From assembly GCA_963665235.2 (NCBI GenBank), contig CAXXLX010000001.1:2656001-2720000 (forward strand): DNA of 64,000 nt. Direction: 5' to 3'. This DNA is from Candidatus Poribacteria bacterium (GTDB lineage: Bacteria; Poribacteria; WGA-4E; WGA-3G). This document shows, in pieces, positions 49,913 to 60,158 of the stretch. The notes beneath the pieces were generated by a model, which saw only the letters and a program-made list of their open reading frames with translations, did no database searches and was not told where the DNA came from. Position numbers and translations under genes: made by a program. Every line of letters starts with the position of its first letter. Position 1 is the first letter of the stretch.

Positions 49913-50197
49913 ATGGATATAGGAAAAGTTATCGGGACTGTTGTTGCAACCCGAAAAGAGCCGAGTTTAGAAGGCACACGTCTTCTCATCGTGCAACCTC
50001 TTGATGAAAAGCACAACCCAATCGCCTCACCCCTCGTTGCTGTGGATACGCTACAGGACGCGGGCGTGGGTGAAACTGTCTACATGGTCACCGGTGGAGA
50101 TGCAGCAGGGGTCTTACCTGACAGACGCATGCCTGTCGATGTCGCAATTGTTGGCATTGTTGACACTGTCTCTTTGCCGGAGGCACCGGAACTATAA
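49913..50197 (+). CDS. EutN/CcmL microcompartment vertex (BMC-P) protein
   Basis: GKVIGTVVATRK...VAVD..DAGVGE...DVAIVGIVD. Confidence 0.92.
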   Translation: MDIGKVIGTVVATRKEPSLEGTRLLIVQPLDEKHNPIASPLVAVDTLQDAGVGETVYMVTGGDAAGVLPDRRMPVDVAIVGIVDTVSLPEAPEL

Positions 50198-50214
50198 ACA
50201 TATAGGAACTTACG

Positions 50215-50496
50215 ATGTATCTTGCAAAAGTCATTGGCAAAGTTGTTTCTGTCATTAAACATCCAGCGTATCAAAATCGGACGCTGCTGCTTATTCAACC
50301 GTTGAGTCTAAAATCCGAGCTTGTTCGCACGCCGACAATTGCTGTGGATTATGTCGGAGCAGGCGAAGGCGATACCGTAATTGTCGGCGCGGGGCCCGGG
50401 GTTGCACAGGAGGTCTTCGGTATCGAAAACGCACCCATCCGTGAACTTGTCATGGGCATCGTCGACCATTTCGATATGTCCCACCAAGAGGAGTAA
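50215..50496 (+). CDS. EutN/CcmL microcompartment vertex (BMC-P) protein
   Basis: MYLAKVIGKVVSVIK...IAVDYVGAGEGD...VMGIVD. Confidence 0.92.
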   Translation: MYLAKVIGKVVSVIKHPAYQNRTLLLIQPLSLKSELVRTPTIAVDYVGAGEGDTVIVGAGPGVAQEVFGIENAPIRELVMGIVDHFDMSHQEE

Positions 50497-50498
50497 AA

Positions 50499-51158
50499 AT
50501 GATGGACATAACTGATAATTACGGAAATCTTCGGAGAATACTTACTACTTTTATGACCACAATCCTGATCGAAAAGGTCCCCGGGTACCTCTGCATACTG
50601 TTTCTCTGTTTACCCCTGAGTGCTTGTCGTATCGCTCAAGTTTTGTCGACCCAATACAGCGAAAATATTGCACTATCAGACCACGGAACCGAAGCAAACC
50701 ACCCCGGCTTAAACGATGGAAATCTCGAAACTGTGGCAACGCTTCCCGCAGCGAATGAACGAAACTTCATTATTCAATTTGCTGATGTCCGCCCTATCCG
50801 AAAAATTGTTATTCACAACGGAAATATCTTCCGATTTGATATGGCCTATCTAAATCCGGAAACTGACACCTGGGAAATTTTCGATACAGTTATTCAGCGA
50901 CGTGACCTTAAAGGAAAACGCGCCCAGGAGAAATACGTCTTTGACAGATTAAATCTTCAAACGCGGATGATACGGGTCACTGTGAACCGAACCGTTGATG
51001 ATGTCGTGATTAACAAGATTACTCCCGACCCTGGGGATAAGGTGTTAGCATATAGAAGGAGCCTCGGCGGACAATACTTCCCGCACTATCGCGTGATCCG
51101 TCCCTCAGTGGCCCAGGTTCGAGAAATTGAGGTCTATCACCTTGCAGAAAGCAAGTGA
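50499..51158 (+). CDS. Hypothetical lipoprotein with a discoidin/galactose-binding-like fold
   Basis: Lipobox LSAC; ENIAL, LNDG, VREIEVY. Confidence 0.7.
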   Translation: MMDITDNYGNLRRILTTFMTTILIEKVPGYLCILFLCLPLSACRIAQVLSTQYSENIALSDHGTEANHPGLNDGNLETVATLPAANERNFIIQFADVRPIRKIVIHNGNIFRFDMAYLNPETDTWEIFDTVIQRRDLKGKRAQEKYVFDRLNLQTRMIRVTVNRTVDDVVINKITPDPGDKVLAYRRSLGGQYFPHYRVIRPSVAQVREIEVYHLAESK

Positions 51159-51278
51159 CACCGCATCGGGCTAACAGGAGCGATGATTTGATGTAATGCG
51201 CGATTCAAATAATTCAATTTTTTTTGAAGAAAACCGGCACAACGAGCAACTAAATAGGTAGAAGTCGGACATTTTTAC

Positions 51279-51437
51279 TAGAGCGTATCTCCTAAATTAC
51301 TTGTAGGGGCGGGGTCCCCCCGCCCGACTATAAGCCCCCTTCATTCTGTGATGCGGGCGAGGTGACCTCGCCCCTACGAACAAAATGATATGATTTTCTG
51401 AAAGAGAATAGGTAAACGATTTATGAGATAGACTGTA
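51279..51437. mobile_element. MITE-like element with imperfect 19-bp TIRs enclosing an inverted REP pair
   Basis: TAGAGCGTATCTCCTAAAT ... ATTTATGAGATAGACTGTA; internal GTAGGGGCGGG and GCCCCTAC. Confidence 0.65.
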
Positions 51438-51473
51438 AACCTAAGCAGCACAATTTACATTGAGACCCCAAAA

Positions 51474-54400
51474 ATGAAATATTTGACACTATTGATTACA
51501 ATTTTTTCTCTCTTAACGATATCTACCTTTTTTGATGCCACTCCTATCGCGGCAGATTCAGCTGCGTTATTGAATCGAGATGCGCGTTCATCTGCAAGGC
51601 GAGGCGCGCCGCCTCGTGGAGAAATTGCGTTGGTTAATGCCACCCAGCAAAGTGTAACGATTCAACTTGTCCTCACCGAATCAGATTTTGAAATCGGCAT
51701 GCAGGCACACGGTGGTAAACAGTTCCAGACGGTCTCGTTCCCGGGCTGTCGTTTCATAAGTGAACCGGGGGCACCCCGTCTTCCGATGAAAACGGCGTTA
51801 ATCGGGATTCCCGCTGAGGCAACGTTTGCGTTGCATGTTGTGAAAAGTGAGTTTAGCCGCCGCAACGTGCAGCCCATCGCATCTACATCACCCCGGATGG
51901 GCACATCAAGTGCTATCTGGACAAAAAACCGATTTTTTCCGGGCGAGGTTGCTACGCTCCGAACAGCCGGTTGGATTCGAGAAAATCGCGTGCTCCCTAT
52001 TCAGTTGAACCCTGTTCAGTATAATCCTGTGAGCGGGGAGGTCAAACTCTACCATCGTCTTGTCGTTGAGGTACAGTTTAACAACAGCACAGCGAATGCC
52101 CCATCAAGTGTACAGGGGTTTTCTCGTCCGGAATCTCCCTTTTATGAGGCAATGCTCGGCGGTTTGTTAATTAATCCGAAAACTGCTAAAGAGTGGCGTG
52201 CCCCGTTTATGGGTGCCGGCCCTGAGAGGGTAGCACACACCGGGCACGATTCACTTTTTTCTGTTCCGAGTGCCCCAGCGAGCATATCCCGCGCAGTACC
52301 ACGTTATAAAGTCCTTGTCACTGCTGATGGTATGTACCACATTACCGCTAGTGATTTAGCCGCAGCAGGTATTGATATAACCTCTATTGTGCCGACTACC
52401 CTCGCGTTATCTAACAAAGGGCGGCAAATACCTATCTTTGTCCGAGGGGATGGGGATGGGAGTTTTGATGTAATTGACCACGATGGTGATGGTAATATAG
52501 ACGTGGATGATGAAATTATCTTCTACGGTCAACGTGCTAGGGGTGAAAAAACCTATATCAATCCGTTTACCGATAAAAATATCTATTGGCTCTCATGGAA
52601 TGCGGGCCCGGGGCTCCGAATGGCAACGAAAACAGCGGATGTAGATACCGCGGATGCCTACGAACTCAGGCAATTTCTCACACGTCTCCACTTTGAGAAA
52701 GATTTTCCACAACATTTTCAACGGTTTCCTAATGCGAACCTCCCGGAAGAACATCAGTATGACCAGACGATTCAAGGGCTTCCGACGCGGACCTTCTCCC
52801 TCACAAGCTTACCCGCGCTCCCTGACGACAGCTGGTTTTGGACCAAACTGAGTGCCCCGGAAATAAAAACGTTCAACTTCACGCTCACCGGCGTAGCGGG
52901 TACCAGTCAACGCGCAACCATCCGCGTTGCATTTCATGGGAGGTCCACTACGGAGCATTATGTTGAGTTGTGGCTCAATGACAACAATGAACTCGGGGCA
53001 GCCTCATGGTATGGCGAGGAGGAATATCTCTTTGAAGCACCGCAAATTTCACAATCCTTTCTCAAAAATGATAAAAATATAATGCGCGTGAGTACCCCAG
53101 GCGGCGGTGTGTTGGATACCATGATGTTGAATTGGTTCGAGGTCGACTATTGGCGTACCTTTGAGGCTGAAGCTGATATTCTCCCCTTTTCAATCACGAT
53201 TTTGCCTGATGAACTTTGGACAGACGAGGCGGGAAACCTAGCTCCCAATTTTGAGGTGCAACTTAAAAACTTCTCTAATCCCAACATCGAAGTCTATGGC
53301 GTTGATGGCACCCGTTATGTTGGATTATCTCCAACTATAGATGAGGAGGTATTGGGCACTTATAAGGTTACCTTCCCCTATTCACAAATTGACGAAACTT
53401 CACAAGTTTATACGGGGCAACGAGAGGACGCAGCTGTTCAATATATTGCCCTCACCCCCGACAAATTCAGGAAACCGGCGCTCTTAGCAGATACACCCTC
53501 CGACTTACGCAACACTAACAACGGGGCCGATTACATCATTATTACCGATACCAACTTTATCTCAGACGTACAACCGCTCGCTGACCTACGGCATCAACAA
53601 GGTTTACGGGCTAAAGTGGTGGATGTCCAGAATATTTATGATGAATTTAATCACGGCATGCCTAATCCCTACGCCCTCCGCGATTTCCTTAAATACACTT
53701 ATCAAAATTGGCAACCGCCCGCGCCAACCTACGTCCTCCTCGTTGGCGATACGAACGTGAAGGACAAAACAAGTGTGGTCCCCACAATACAGGTCCAAAT
53801 TCCAGCACACGGTTCAACAGCAAGCGACCACCAATTTGTCACTTTCCGCGGTGAAGATAGCTTCCCAGACATGTTAGTCGGCAGAGTGCCTGTCACAAAT
53901 CGGGTGGATGTCCGCATATTTGTTGAACGCACTATTAACTATGAAACGGCAGCGGCTAGCCCCTGGCATAAACGTATCCTTATGCTTGCTGGTTCTGAAG
54001 CTATATTTCATTTCCAAACCGATAGACTTATTGAGGAAAGACAGCTCGACATCAAATATCATACAGAACGTATCTATGCCCCCACTACAGGCGAAGAGAC
54101 GTTCAGTGACCTGATTACGCCTGTCGGCAGAAAGGTTATGAATGGATTCAACAGCGGCGCAAGTCTCGTTAACTATATCGGGCACGGGGGTGGCGGCAGA
54201 TGGGCATCCAGCCGAATGATGGATTTGGAAGACCCTGAAAAGAACTTAACTAACATCTCCCAACTCCCCTTTGTTATTAGTATGACCTGCTTCACAGGCT
54301 TCTTTGATGGACAAAAGGGCTGCCTCGCTGAAGAGATGATTCGCTCCCCAAACGGCGGGGCCATCGCTGTTATCGGTGCCACCAGCATCGGAATGCTCGA

Positions 54401-56627
54401 TGCGGACTTCGACCTCAATCGCGAAATTTTTGAGGTAATTTTTGAAAAAAATACACGAAATATCGGGACCATCCTTGCCGAAGCCAAAACACAATTTCTG
54501 ATTAACTACCCCGGATACGTCGACCTCGCTGAAGTCTTCACCCTCTTCGGTGATCCCGCAACATATCTCAAATTACCGCACAAGCAGCTAGAGGTCACTG
54601 TGGATGTCGAGCCAGCAGCCGACGGGGACGTACCGCATAGCGAAACCCTGCTTACTGTTTCAGGAACGCTAGCCAATCCCAATTTTAACGGGGATGCGGA
54701 AATTACTGTTGTACCTATAGGAACACAGGCTACTGAAACGTCACCCCCTGATGGTTTAGACATAGCACCGCAAGCAGAGACCGCAAATATCACAGTCGCT
54801 GATGGGAAGTTTACAACACAAATGCGAATTCCGGTAGACAGTGCTTACGCGGCTTGGAATTTGATAGCCTACGCATGGAATGCTAATGAAGATGCTATCG
54901 GCTCTACAACCTATAACGTTACCAAGCAGTACGTTGACAACGTCCGACTTGAAACTACCCCCGTTATGCCAAATCAATCGGTTCATCTTTACGCTGAAGG
55001 AGTCAATGAAAGCAAGGTTGACACAATGACGCTCTATTGGAGCTGGGATGGCATAGATTTCTATACAATTCCGATGGAACAACACACAGGGACAACCTAT
55101 AGAAGTGAGCAACCTATCCCCGGATACCCGCAAGGGGACCTTGTCGATTATTATCTCCTTATCAAAACTAAAGATGGCGAGACGTTTGAAACAGAGTTGG
55201 TTACCTATGTAGTGGGCACCTTAGATGTCGGTGTTTCAGAAGATGCTATCAGTTGGAACCCCAGTGCCCCCTATCTCCTAACAGCACACATTACAAATAG
55301 GGGCTCCCTGCCTGCCGAGAATGTCCCGGTCAACTTTTTTTATATCATAGCACCAGACGGGGATGAAACACAAACGGTAACGCTTGAAGAACTTATTAAG
55401 AACGCAACCCCTATCGGCGAAGTTCAGACAGTGTCGGAAGTACCAGCCGATGGCAATGCCACAATAAGTGTACCCTGGAAACCGCCCCCTGGCACCTATA
55501 GAGTGATAGTCTTTGTGGACATGCCATCTACAGAGAATCCCAAAGGCACGCTAACCGAACTCACTAAACAGAATAACAGCGCATCCCGACAATTTGTGAA
55601 CAACCAACTTATCCTCACACCCGAAGATTTTAACCAGCCTATACAGAGCACGGATGGACTTTTACGTATTACTATTCCTGCGGAAAGTCTCCAAACCCTT
55701 GACATGGTGACGTTTGAAGAACTGGAACTTACCATTAAAAACCAACCCGACCTTGTTCCTGCTACTCAGACAACTGTGGAAACTACACCTGTCGCCTATC
55801 ATATCGATTTCGGTCAACAAACAGTATTGACAGGCACAGCTACGTTCATGAAAATCGAGAACGAAGATGTGCATATCTATAGGCGTGACGATGGAACTGG
55901 CAACTGGATTCGGAGTGGTGAGGAGATAGATGAGGACGAGACTCTCTCAACACAGGTTAAACTGCCCGGAACGTTTGCATTGCTATCCCATACCGATGCG
56001 CGTCCCCCCTTGTTGGAATTAACGGTTGAAAATCAGGGATTCGTTGATGGGGATTACATTCCAGATATGCCCATTATCTCCGCACGGATTGAGGACGCTA
56101 ACGGTATTGACCCACGCCCGGAGAATATTCTGCTCACTAAAAACGGGGAACGTGTTCCGCAAGAGGAGTATATCATTGCCGTTTCACCGATAACCAGCAA
56201 CGTTCTTCTGCTAACCTATACACCGTCAGCTCCGTTGCAAGCGGGAGAACACCGAATTCGGTTGCAGGCACAGGACGCGAACGGCAATGCAGCGGATACG
56301 AGCCGAACCGCAAACGTCGCTGGCGGATTTGGCATTGAAAACATCGCCAACTTTCCGAACCCGTTCCGGCCTGGGAGGGGCACTAACTTCGCCTACTATC
56401 TCACGGAAGGGGCGGACAGGGTGAGCCTCAAGATTTACACGCTCACAGGAAAACGGATTGTCAATATTGACACGCTTGATGCCGCTGTTTCTTACAACGA
56501 ATACCATTATGACGGTTTAGATGCGGATGGCGAACCTCTTGCAAACGGTGTTTATATCTACAAATTCACGGCGCATAAGGGGGATGTCCGTAAGGAGAAG
56601 GTGGGGAAGATAGTCGTGCTCAAATAA
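51474..56627 (+). CDS. Peptidase C25 (gingipain/PorU-like) with propeptide, CARDB-like domain and T9SS type-A/FlgD-like C-terminal domain
   Basis: EPGAPRLP, GADYIIIT, IYDEFNHG, YVLLVGD, catalytic NYIGHG and SMTC, LFGDPA, NFPNPF...KIYTLTG...LANGVYIY...GKIVVLK. Confidence 0.88.
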   Translation: MKYLTLLITIFSLLTISTFFDATPIAADSAALLNRDARSSARRGAPPRGEIALVNATQQSVTIQLVLTESDFEIGMQAHGGKQFQTVSFPGCRFISEPGAPRLPMKTALIGIPAEATFALHVVKSEFSRRNVQPIASTSPRMGTSSAIWTKNRFFPGEVATLRTAGWIRENRVLPIQLNPVQYNPVSGEVKLYHRLVVEVQFNNSTANAPSSVQGFSRPESPFYEAMLGGLLINPKTAKEWRAPFMGAGPERVAHTGHDSLFSVPSAPASISRAVPRYKVLVTADGMYHITASDLAAAGIDITSIVPTTLALSNKGRQIPIFVRGDGDGSFDVIDHDGDGNIDVDDEIIFYGQRARGEKTYINPFTDKNIYWLSWNAGPGLRMATKTADVDTADAYELRQFLTRLHFEKDFPQHFQRFPNANLPEEHQYDQTIQGLPTRTFSLTSLPALPDDSWFWTKLSAPEIKTFNFTLTGVAGTSQRATIRVAFHGRSTTEHYVELWLNDNNELGAASWYGEEEYLFEAPQISQSFLKNDKNIMRVSTPGGGVLDTMMLNWFEVDYWRTFEAEADILPFSITILPDELWTDEAGNLAPNFEVQLKNFSNPNIEVYGVDGTRYVGLSPTIDEEVLGTYKVTFPYSQIDETSQVYTGQREDAAVQYIALTPDKFRKPALLADTPSDLRNTNNGADYIIITDTNFISDVQPLADLRHQQGLRAKVVDVQNIYDEFNHGMPNPYALRDFLKYTYQNWQPPAPTYVLLVGDTNVKDKTSVVPTIQVQIPAHGSTASDHQFVTFRGEDSFPDMLVGRVPVTNRVDVRIFVERTINYETAAASPWHKRILMLAGSEAIFHFQTDRLIEERQLDIKYHTERIYAPTTGEETFSDLITPVGRKVMNGFNSGASLVNYIGHGGGGRWASSRMMDLEDPEKNLTNISQLPFVISMTCFTGFFDGQKGCLAEEMIRSPNGGAIAVIGATSIGMLDADFDLNREIFEVIFEKNTRNIGTILAEAKTQFLINYPGYVDLAEVFTLFGDPATYLKLPHKQLEVTVDVEPAADGDVPHSETLLTVSGTLANPNFNGDAEITVVPIGTQATETSPPDGLDIAPQAETANITVADGKFTTQMRIPVDSAYAAWNLIAYAWNANEDAIGSTTYNVTKQYVDNVRLETTPVMPNQSVHLYAEGVNESKVDTMTLYWSWDGIDFYTIPMEQHTGTTYRSEQPIPGYPQGDLVDYYLLIKTKDGETFETELVTYVVGTLDVGVSEDAISWNPSAPYLLTAHITNRGSLPAENVPVNFFYIIAPDGDETQTVTLEELIKNATPIGEVQTVSEVPADGNATISVPWKPPPGTYRVIVFVDMPSTENPKGTLTELTKQNNSASRQFVNNQLILTPEDFNQPIQSTDGLLRITIPAESLQTLDMVTFEELELTIKNQPDLVPATQTTVETTPVAYHIDFGQQTVLTGTATFMKIENEDVHIYRRDDGTGNWIRSGEEIDEDETLSTQVKLPGTFALLSHTDARPPLLELTVENQGFVDGDYIPDMPIISARIEDANGIDPRPENILLTKNGERVPQEEYIIAVSPITSNVLLLTYTPSAPLQAGEHRIRLQAQDANGNAADTSRTANVAGGFGIENIANFPNPFRPGRGTNFAYYLTEGADRVSLKIYTLTGKRIVNIDTLDAAVSYNEYHYDGLDADGEPLANGVYIYKFTAHKGDVRKEKVGKIVVLK

Positions 56628-56644
56628 GCCCGCTCCTACAGAAG

Positions 56645-57626
56645 TCAGGTGCGTCCAAACACTAACACATCGTAAGGCTGCCCCCTATACGAAAACTGTG
56701 CTTTGAACTGGCCTTCACACGTAAACCCCGCAGCCTCTAAAACCGCCGCCTTCTCCTCAGCACCACTGTCAACATAACACTGTACCTTCATCGATTCAGG
56801 AAACTTCAACGCTGAAAGTAGAACGGGCACGTCCCCAGCAAAATTCGGATGAAAAAACAGATCGAGGAGTGCAACAGCGTTTTGCCACCGAGCCTCCCGA
56901 CACACCGTCGCCCAACCGACGACCGCACCACTGGAGGTGACTAACAATTTGGCATCATCATAAGTGTCGTCTGTTTCCAAAGTGTGCTTGAAATGCAGAA
57001 AACCCCCCCTCAAGATTCGTTGGACCGTAAACGTTCCACGCCAGACTGCGGAGTGTGTCCCACCCGACGATTGCTGAGAGCGCGGTTACCTTCGGCCAGT
57101 CGTGCCATTCAACAGATTTCGGATGTGCTGCTGTTTGCTCGAAATAGCTGGCAGCAAAGTCCTCACTCACATGATATTTCATGAAACCTGATTCCGGAAG
57201 GACACTCTCAAATCCGAAACTTCCGTAGATATGATACGGATGACCATTATAGCCTGTGCCGAGGTATAAAGCGCGTCCTGTCCGTTGCCGAAAATCCTCC
57301 ATCTGATACGTCATTGTGCCTTTACACGCCCCTTTCCTACGCTGCTCTGGCACCGTAAAGACATGCCCTAAAATCCCAATACCCTCATGTTCAACTGTCA
57401 TGATGTTGGTAATCACTTTTCCATCAAGCTTCCCAACATAAAAACGGGTTTCTAGTGCGTCAAGGGTTTCGGTAACACACCGTTCAATGTGCCATTTATA
57501 GTTTCCTGGTTTGTGCCCGAGGAATTGCTTTAGTTCTTCTGCATGCAGTTCATCGGGGACGTGAATTACGCCGACTTCCATCTGTTCGCCTGTTTTCAGC
57601 ACTGTGTTTCCCAATTTATCATACAT
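56645..57626 (-). pseudogene. GNAT acetyltransferase split by a 1-nt frameshift in a G7 run
   Basis: GHVFTVPEQRRKGAC; ...TNLEGGF continues in the other frame as GGFLHFKHTLE; C7 tract at 57003-57009. Confidence 0.75.
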
Positions 57627-57663
57627 ATTTTCAGCCTACTCCAAAATTCTAAAATTAAAAAGT

Positions 57664-57693
57664 TTGACAAAATTTCTTAAAATATGATATACT
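57664..57693 (+). promoter_or_regulatory. sigma70-type promoter for ndk
   Basis: TTGACA-18 nt-TATACT. Confidence 0.55.
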
Positions 57694-57864
57694 TAAAAAA
57701 ATTGAATGTCAAGCACCAACGCTTATTGGGTTAAGACTATTTAGTCTTCGGTTTTTTGTTCGACGGAGAAGACCCGAAACTGCGAAGAAAATAGAGGCCC
57801 CTGCTTATTCGCTTGTTATAGCAAGGCTGAAATCAATTCAAAATAATACTAAGGGACAGGTTAC

Positions 57865-58284
57865 ATGGAGAAAGAAAAAACACTGGTTCTGATTAAACCG
57901 GATGGCGTTCAACGGGGACTCATCGGGGAAATCATTTCACGTTACGAAAATAAAGGGCTCGAACTTATCGGCTTGAAATTGTTGAAGCTCCCGCTTGCTA
58001 AAGCAGAGGAACTTTATCTTGAACATAAAGGAAGACCTTTTTACAACAAACTTATTGAATTTATGACATCGGCACCTATTGTCGCAATTGCTATTGAAGG
58101 ACAGAATGCTATAGAAGCGGTACGGCTCATTAACGGCGCAACCGATCCGGCTGAATCCCGACCGGGTAGCATTCGCGGCGATTATTCAAATAATGTGACA
58201 TATAACGTCGTGCATGCGTCGGACTCCGTAGAAACTGCTCTGCGCGAATTGGAGCTCCTATTTACATCTGATGAGCTCCAGTAA
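57865..58284 (+). CDS. ndk: Nucleoside diphosphate kinase
   Basis: IKPDGVQRGLIGEI, PGSIRGD, NVVHASDS. Confidence 0.97.
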   Translation: MEKEKTLVLIKPDGVQRGLIGEIISRYENKGLELIGLKLLKLPLAKAEELYLEHKGRPFYNKLIEFMTSAPIVAIAIEGQNAIEAVRLINGATDPAESRPGSIRGDYSNNVTYNVVHASDSVETALRELELLFTSDELQ

Positions 58285-58459
58285 AGCAAGAGAATTTGCT
58301 TGCCCTTAAAGCACGGCGGAGATGCCGGGGTCGGTATAAATAGAAATTTTGTGGACTCTCTCGTGGATGGACGCTACGCATATTGAGGAACGACTATGAA
58401 TGACCGAGTTGTTAACTTCACACAAAAAAAATTAGTCGGTCTTAGCGATATATACCCGT

Positions 58460-59040
58460 TCGCGTCCTTAAACCCCGCAGACGCTATTAACTATCGGTTT
58501 ACCCCCCCCCTTAATATATTTAACTTAAAAGCAAGTTATTCCAATAGCGGTTTCACTGCTGTTCAGGCAATAACAGCAAATGCCTTCATTCCATTTTTTA
58601 TTCATCTTGTCCGACGCAGCACCTTGGATTCCCAGACAGGGAACCCTTCCAAGGTGCTGAATACGTTTAAGGACAGGAATTCCACTCCCAACGTGCCGAG
58701 CCTCATATCCGCAAAATCTGGACATCTTAATTCTAAGCGGACCGGGGGCAAACAACTCCGTGGACTACGGCAGGTGCGTAACAACTCCCTCACAGAGAAT
58801 CTCGCGCTTGCTGTTACAAGGCGGCAAGGCACAACGGAGATATGTCCTGCCTTGATTACAAATCGAGGCGTTAATTTTGCGCGGCACCCCAAGTTCCGCG
58901 CCCTGTTGCACAACGTTCCTACTCCGCGCTTAGTGAAGTGGGCACATCTGTGCAATATATTGTTTCAAGGTGTCCGCCAAGTCTATCCGTTCAGGACAGT
59001 TAACAGCGCGTACGCCTCGTAGATGCAGCGATGCTGTATC
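58460..59040 (+). ncRNA. Candidate large structured RNA or leader (chain of hairpins)
   Basis: Several stems, e.g. 58617-58628/58648-58659 (12 bp perfect), 58807-58828, 58849-58869, 58879-58901, 58904/58957, 59022-59040. Confidence 0.35.
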
Positions 59041-59074
59041 CGATAAAAATCTAACCTAATATAGGAGGTTAATC

Positions 59075-59878
59075 ATGAAAATTGCTAATATGTATAACAG
59101 ATTAAGACATCTTGAACGTGTTGCCTTTATCATAATGCTCATCGTTGGGCTTACTTTCAGCGTATATGCTGGAAAAGATGACTGCACAAACCTTGATGGC
59201 GACGGTGCGAAACCTATTAAAGAGGTTAACGAAGAAGCTGTCGGTACCCAAAACGATTATGACGATGTCGTTAAAGAGGATGACCGCAAAGGCGTTATCT
59301 ATCTCGCTGTCATTGGTGGTGATCAGCCGAAACCGAACGGGTGTGGTCTTATTCCGAAAAATCCAGCAAACGAATGGACAGGCTGGGGCGGTCCCCTAAA
59401 CTTTGACAATGCGACTATCGGTGAAGGAGGGGGCAGCCGAAATCATATCGTTATCGGCGGAATCTACTTTGAGCGCGGCATCGGCGCACATTCTGTTGGC
59501 ACTTTGGTTTACGATCTCACCGGCGGCAATTACCTCAAGTTTGAGGCGTACGTCGGCATGTCCGATGAAAAAGACCCGGGCGATTGTGGACACGGCGGAA
59601 GTGGCGACTTCATATTTTCTCTTGATGGAAAAGAGGTTTTCAAATCCGAAACACTTAAAGGGGCCGATGGCGGCAAAAATGTTGAGGCTCTCAAGGTAGA
59701 ATTTGACATTCCCGCAAACGCCAAAGAGCTCACAATCGTTATGGGCAACGGTGGAGACGGAAACGGCTGCGACCACTCCGCAATGGGCGACGCTAAACTC
59801 CTCACCTCACAGGCACTCGCCGTTGAACCGGGCAACAAACTCCCCACAATCTGGGGACACCTGAAGGCACAGTATTAA
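59075..59878 (+). CDS. Secreted NPCBM/NEW2-domain protein with C-terminal tail
   Basis: IGGIYFERGIGAHS, KFEAYVGMSD, DHSAMGDAKL; tail AVEPGNKLPTIWGHLKAQY. Confidence 0.87.
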   Translation: MKIANMYNRLRHLERVAFIIMLIVGLTFSVYAGKDDCTNLDGDGAKPIKEVNEEAVGTQNDYDDVVKEDDRKGVIYLAVIGGDQPKPNGCGLIPKNPANEWTGWGGPLNFDNATIGEGGGSRNHIVIGGIYFERGIGAHSVGTLVYDLTGGNYLKFEAYVGMSDEKDPGDCGHGGSGDFIFSLDGKEVFKSETLKGADGGKNVEALKVEFDIPANAKELTIVMGNGGDGNGCDHSAMGDAKLLTSQALAVEPGNKLPTIWGHLKAQY

Positions 59879-60158
59879 ACACTGAACCCGTAACACCGGA
59901 TAGCGTTCATACCGAGCTGCTATTTAGCAGGGTGAATGCTTCCGCAACTTGAATGGATTACAACTGGGGAGCTGCTAGGACATTAACACATAACCGTGTC
60001 TATAGCACATCCCCATAAAGCATTTCCGGATTACCCCGGAGAAACGTTAGAATATCACCTTGTCGATAGCGTCCTTTCGCATCCTACGGTGAGCTAACTT
60101 AGACGTATTAAACTGCGTTTTTATCAATATCTAAAAAAATAGATGGAGGTTCAAAACA

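Noticed and set aside
58396-59022. 208-aa ORF as a confident CDS
   Set aside because: No recognisable motifs, atypical composition and overlap with strong RNA stems; kept only as an alternative in the findings.
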